From: an uncultured Gemmatimonadota bacterium
GTDB lineage: Bacteria; SM23-81
Assembly (NCBI GenBank): GCA_964584035.1
Contig: CAZOYL010000005.1
Coordinates: 35,670 to 47,622, forward strand
DNA: 11,953 nucleotides
Reading direction: 5' to 3'
Shown piece after piece: positions 7,917-11,953 of this stretch. The position numbers were made by a program, and so were the translations under genes. The number at the start of each line of letters is the position of its first letter. Within the stretch, counting starts at the first letter, position 1. Below the pieces are notes generated by a model that saw only the letters and a list, made by a program, of their open reading frames with translations, was not told the origin of the DNA and ran no database searches.

Positions 7917-9841
7917 CGTCTCACCGCCGACACCGATGACGCCCGGAGTGGAGATGCTTTCATGAAGGTGCGGTACCACAATTCGAACATCAGAACGGTC
8001 CACAGGTGGGTGGCATAATTGCGCCGGCCCGACTGGTGATCCCTCCACAGCCGTTCCAGGCAGGCCGGCTCGAATAAACCGCTGCCGGCCGAGCTGTCGT
8101 CCAGCAGGACCTGCCGGCCCATCTCCTTGATGCCGTCTCGGAACCAGCCTGCCAGGGGGACGACGAAACCCCTTTTCTTTCGGTACAGGGTGGCCCTGGG
8201 CAGCAGCGGCTCCATGGTTTTTTTAAAAATATACTTTTGCTCCCGCCCGTTGATCTTAAGATCGGGCGAAAGGCCCGCCAGGTAGGCCCATAGCCTCTGG
8301 TCCAGCAGCGGAGAGCGGACCTCCAGAGAATTGGCCATGCTCATGCGGTCCACCTTGACGAGAATATCATCCGGCAGATAGGTTTTCAAATCGACATATT
8401 GCAGGCGCGACAGATGCGGCCATCCCCGGGTTCTCTGAAAGTGCGGTTCCAGAACGGAGAATGGATCATAGGGGGCCACCGTTTCCAGGACTTCCGGCCG
8501 CAGCAGACAGCGGCGTAACGGTTCCTGGAAGATGGAGCGACTCCTGAAGTAGCCCCGGTCAGCGTCGGCGGCCACATTGCTCAGCAGCGTTTTGGCCCGG
8601 AGAAAACGGGGCAGCCGGTCGGCCTTGGGATAGATGGCGGCCAGGGGCGAGATCATCCAGCGGCGGATGAATGCCGGGAGCGCGGCTCTGAACCGCCCCT
8701 CCAGGAGGTCGTAGTAATAGCGCCGGTACCCTCCAAAGGCTTCATCGCCGCCATCCCCCGACAGAGCCACGGTGACGTGCTGGCGAGCGGCGCGGCAAAC
8801 GTAATAGGTCGGCACGGCCGAGGAATCGGCGAACGGCTCGTCGAAATGCCAGACCAGCTTGTCCAGAACGGACAGGGCATCGGGACTGACCACGTGGGTG
8901 TGATGCCGGGTGTGGAAGCGCCGGGCGATCTCCCCGGCATCGGATGATTCATCGAAGCGCTTCTCCTGAAATCCAATGGATACCGAGGTGACCGGTTTCT
9001 CCTGCAAGGTCGACATCAACGCCACCATGGCGCTGGAGTCGATACCGCCGCTGAGGAACGCTCCCAGAGGCACTTCGCTCTCCAGGCGGCAGCCGACGCT
9101 GTCCCGGAGATGCTCCATCAGCTCCCCGACCGCCCGGCGCTCATCGCTCCGGGTATCGCCGGCGGCGAAATCAAGATCCCAGTACTGGGACAGTCGCAGG
9201 CCCCGGGGGTCAACGACGGCCACGCTGCCGGGAGGGAGTTTCCAGACATTTTGATAGATCGTCTTCGGCCAGGGGACGCACAGAAAAGTGACGTAATCCA
9301 CTACGGCCTGGAGGTTGATGTCCCTGGGAACCTGGGGGTCCTGGAAGATGGATTTCATCTCCGAGCCGAACACACACCGGCCCGGGCCCAGCCAGTAAAA
9401 CAAGGGCTTCTTGCCCACCCGGTCCCTGGCCAGCATCAACCGCCGGTTGGGACCGTCCCACAGGGCAAAAGCGAACATGCCGCGCAGCAGGCGGGGACAG
9501 GCCGGGCCCATCTCCTCGTAGAGATGCACGATCGTCTCGGTATCGCTGCGGGTCTTGAAACGGTGGCCCTTGCCTTTCAGCTGGGCCATGAGATCGCGAT
9601 AATTATAGATCTCCCCGTTGAACACCACGGCCACCGTCCGGTCCTCATTGAATATGGGCTGCTGGCCTCCGGGAAGATCGATGATGCTCAAACGCCTCAT
9701 GCCCATGCCGAAATCGCCGTCCTGGAACGTACCCTCATCATCGGGGCCGCGATGCGCGATGACCCGGCACATCCGCCGGATATCTTCTTCTTCTACGGGG
9801 CGATGATCGCCAAAATTATACTGTCCGACGATGCCGCACAT
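7913..9841 (-). CDS. asnB: Asparagine synthase (glutamine-hydrolysing)-family amidotransferase, polysaccharide/exosortase-associated
   Basis: 642 aa. Ntn nucleophile MCGI, HRGPDD, RRLSIID, FNGEIYN, PP-loop LSGGIDSS, SGDGGDE, KVDRMSMANSLEVRSP. GGAG RBS. The context suggests sugar amidation rather than asparagine synthesis. Confidence 0.95.
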   Translation of the reverse strand: MCGIVGQYNFGDHRPVEEEDIRRMCRVIAHRGPDDEGTFQDGDFGMGMRRLSIIDLPGGQQPIFNEDRTVAVVFNGEIYNYRDLMAQLKGKGHRFKTRSDTETIVHLYEEMGPACPRLLRGMFAFALWDGPNRRLMLARDRVGKKPLFYWLGPGRCVFGSEMKSIFQDPQVPRDINLQAVVDYVTFLCVPWPKTIYQNVWKLPPGSVAVVDPRGLRLSQYWDLDFAAGDTRSDERRAVGELMEHLRDSVGCRLESEVPLGAFLSGGIDSSAMVALMSTLQEKPVTSVSIGFQEKRFDESSDAGEIARRFHTRHHTHVVSPDALSVLDKLVWHFDEPFADSSAVPTYYVCRAARQHVTVALSGDGGDEAFGGYRRYYYDLLEGRFRAALPAFIRRWMISPLAAIYPKADRLPRFLRAKTLLSNVAADADRGYFRSRSIFQEPLRRCLLRPEVLETVAPYDPFSVLEPHFQRTRGWPHLSRLQYVDLKTYLPDDILVKVDRMSMANSLEVRSPLLDQRLWAYLAGLSPDLKINGREQKYIFKKTMEPLLPRATLYRKKRGFVVPLAGWFRDGIKEMGRQVLLDDSSAGSGLFEPACLERLWRDHQSGRRNYATHLWTVLMFELWYRTFMKASPLRASSVSAVRR

Positions 9842-9853
9842 AGTGGTCTCCGA

Positions 9854-11347
9854 TCAGGACACAGAGACGGAGGAAGGCGCCTTCCGGGTCATCGATTCCG
9901 GCCGCCCGGGCGGCAAAGCCGCCGACTGGGGTTCGACCGCCATCCGGTTGGTCAAGGTCACCGCGACCGGGCCCAGAGCCAGAATCCAATAGAAAATATC
10001 CAGATGAGCCGAGCTGAGGAAAAAACCGGCCACCAGAAAACCGATCAGGCCGATCTCCACCGCTTTGCTGAAATCCCTCAGGTCTTCTACCGCCGCCTCG
10101 GCGGTCAGCCTTCTCCGGACCCTCCGTAAACCGCGAAAGGTGATCCACAGAAAGGCCAGAAAAACCAGCAGGGTCTGCAGTCCGCCCTCGGCCAGAAACT
10201 GCAGGAAGATGTTATGAGCCACATATCCCTGGCCGGTCCAGATCTGGTAATAGTTGTCGGTATAACGCGGGCTGACCCAGACGAAATTGCCCTGGCCCAC
10301 GCCGGTCAGAGGATGGTCGATAAAGATCCGCAGGCTGGCCTTCCACAGATCGATGCGGCTTTCCGCCGCTCGTTCTTCCTGATAGTCCACGATGGTCGTG
10401 GTCCTGCTCCAGTAGTGAGACGGCGCCGCCACGATGGTCACCAGCAGGAGGATCACCAACACGCTTCTGCTGAGCTTCCGGCTGCGAAAACGCCAGGCCA
10501 TCAACACCAGGACGGCCAGCAGGCCCAGTGTGCCGCTGCGGGAGCCGGTGAGAACCACTCCGACCATGAACAGGGGCACCAGTCCGATGCCGGCCAGCCG
10601 CTCGAATAATCTCCGGCTGTTGATCTTGTAAAAAGCCAGGGGAAGGGCCAGGACGAGGGTGGCCGCAAGATAGTTGGCCTCCCGATGCGTACCGCCGACG
10701 TTATCGATGCGAGCATAGCCGTAATATCGATACACCTGGATGGCCTCCAGCGAGGCCAGGGCGCAGCAGAACAGGATGATCCAGATGAACCCATCCAGCT
10801 CTCGGCGATTGGTCACTAAATTGATGACCAGCAGGTAGAACAGGATGATCTTGGCGAAGATCACGTTCTGCGAGAAGCTCACCGCGCTGGAATGGACCGC
10901 GAAAAAGGACGATAGGATCGTACAACCCAATAAGGCCAATAACAGCTTGGCTTCCAGGGGCAGGTAGACGCCCCGCTTCTTCACCAGCACGTGGTGGAGA
11001 AGGAAAAAAAGCATGGTGACGACGGTCACCAGGAAGATGGGTCGCAGGAACTCCGGTCCGCTCCAGACGGGAAAGGGTCGAAAATACAGCCACACCTGGG
11101 CGAACAGTCCCAGGTAGGGATAGATCGCCAGAAGAGCGGAGAAAATGAGCACCCCCGTGGCCACCAGACCCGCCCGGGCCGGCAGATACAGCAGCAGCAG
11201 GCCGAGGAATACGGCCGTCAGTGCGATGCCCAGCAGCAGGGTGCCCCGGCGAATCTGATAATGGGTGATGTAATGACGGCCCGAAAGGGTGAAAATTTCC
11301 CGTTCGCCGGACAGCATCCGCGGGCCTGACTCGTTCGCTCCGACCAC
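9854..11347 (-). CDS. O-antigen ligase / Wzy_C-family membrane protein (putative O-glycosylation ligase or polymerase)
   Basis: 497 aa with many TM segments. Motifs EANYLA, LTGSRSG, ESRIDLW, HPLTGVGQGNF and VAHNIFLQFLAEGG carry the conserved Arg/His of the WaaL/Wzy_C periplasmic loop. GTG start with GGGGAG at 11356-11361. Confidence 0.9.
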   Translation of the reverse strand: MVGANESGPRMLSGEREIFTLSGRHYITHYQIRRGTLLLGIALTAVFLGLLLLYLPARAGLVATGVLIFSALLAIYPYLGLFAQVWLYFRPFPVWSGPEFLRPIFLVTVVTMLFFLLHHVLVKKRGVYLPLEAKLLLALLGCTILSSFFAVHSSAVSFSQNVIFAKIILFYLLVINLVTNRRELDGFIWIILFCCALASLEAIQVYRYYGYARIDNVGGTHREANYLAATLVLALPLAFYKINSRRLFERLAGIGLVPLFMVGVVLTGSRSGTLGLLAVLVLMAWRFRSRKLSRSVLVILLLVTIVAAPSHYWSRTTTIVDYQEERAAESRIDLWKASLRIFIDHPLTGVGQGNFVWVSPRYTDNYYQIWTGQGYVAHNIFLQFLAEGGLQTLLVFLAFLWITFRGLRRVRRRLTAEAAVEDLRDFSKAVEIGLIGFLVAGFFLSSAHLDIFYWILALGPVAVTLTNRMAVEPQSAALPPGRPESMTRKAPSSVSVS

Positions 11348-11370
11348 GGCCGAATCTCCCCTTCATCAAC

Positions 11371-11400
11371 CGTGAAACCTGAAACGTGAAACCCGAAACT
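11371..11400. repeat. Intergenic heptamer tandem repeat (YGAAACN x4)
   Basis: TGAAACC 11373-11379, TGAAACG 11380-11386, TGAAACC 11387-11393, CGAAACT 11394-11400. Equivalently the 14-mer CGTGAAACCYGAAA x2 at 11371-11398. Confidence 0.8.
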
Positions 11401-11415
11401 ACGTCCCCCGAGACC

Positions 11416-11953
11416 TCAGGACCGGCCGCGCGAACCCAGCGGCAACTTTAAAAAGCTCAGTTCTTCTCGTCTGATAAGCCCCAGGCGAAACACCAAGAAG
11501 GTGTACGCGACGGTGAAAAGGGCGCCGTAGATCAGCATAAAAACGAGCTTGGAGGAAAACCAGGCGGTGAAATGCAGGCTGTAGATCAGCGCCCCCAGCA
11601 GGAACACCAATCCCAGCACCTTGAACAGGTGCATCCAGGGAAACAGGTGTTTCAGGGCCACTCCGAAAATGCGCCGGATGCGGGTCAGATAATATGCGGT
11701 GGCGACCAATTGACCCAATAAGAACCCCACCGCGGCGCCCTGCAGACCCAGCCACCTGATGATTAGCAGGCTGGCCGTCAGCGTGGTGATCACGTTGAGC
11801 GCAGAGGCATAGAAAATGATCCGGGTCTTGCCGGTCGCCTGGATGATGCAGTCATAAGCGGTCACCTGAAGAAACATCATCAAGACGTATATTCTGAAGA
11901 TGTTGGCGCTGTATGCATAGCGCTCGGTATAGAGAAATGTCATGAATCGCTGG
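11416..11953 (-). CDS. Wzx-type oligosaccharide flippase / polysaccharide biosynthesis protein, C-terminal part (5' end outside the window)
   Basis: The frame stays open to the right edge (...QRFMTFLYTERYAYSANIFRIY). LYxxxYxxSA, IIQATGKTR, ALNVITT and LIIRWLGLQGAAVG plus several TM helices match the MOP/Wzx C-terminal region. Confidence 0.85.
   Translation of the reverse strand, partial: QRFMTFLYTERYAYSANIFRIYVLMMFLQVTAYDCIIQATGKTRIIFYASALNVITTLTASLLIIRWLGLQGAAVGFLLGQLVATAYYLTRIRRIFGVALKHLFPWMHLFKVLGLVFLLGALIYSLHFTAWFSSKLVFMLIYGALFTVAYTFLVFRLGLIRREELSFLKLPLGSRGRS

Noticed and set aside
7917..8048. 44-aa N-terminal extension of the GT4 in the ORF track
   Set aside because: It overlaps the asnB coding sequence. 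The ATGA-coupled start at 7916 gives a typical GT4 N-terminus (MKILSLT).
10087..10094. GGCGGTAG on the minus strand resembling the ops/RfaH element
   Set aside because: Lies inside the ligase CDS, lacks the nnTG continuation and is not in a leader region.
6783..10129. Long plus-strand ORFs 6783-7907 (374 aa) and 9110-10129 (339 aa)
   Set aside because: Antisense to the well-supported GT4 and asnB/ligase genes, with no family motifs.

Overview
GC-rich bacterial DNA (roughly 60-65% GC by eye) filled by one tightly packed minus-strand operon. It is a polysaccharide/glycoprotein biosynthesis locus of the PEP-CTERM/exosortase type. In transcription order (right to left): Wzx-type flippase (C-terminal part only), O-antigen ligase/Wzy_C-family membrane protein, AsnB-type amidotransferase, GT4 glycosyltransferase, GNAT acyltransferase, 602-aa CE4-like polysaccharide deacetylase, FemAB-like protein, exosortase (EpsH type), EpsI, and a second GT4 (TIGR03087-like). 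The last gene runs off the left edge and is missing from the ORF track. The system class is already known. Less ordinary points are a deacetylase clustered with three different amide-forming enzymes, a long multidomain deacetylase where the short PEP-CTERM-type one usually sits, overlapping TTG-initiated exosortase and epsI genes, a heptamer repeat in the largest intergenic gap, and small in-frame repeat expansions. I saw no RNA genes, CRISPR arrays, mobile elements or clear terminators. All family assignments come from motif recognition, not database searches.
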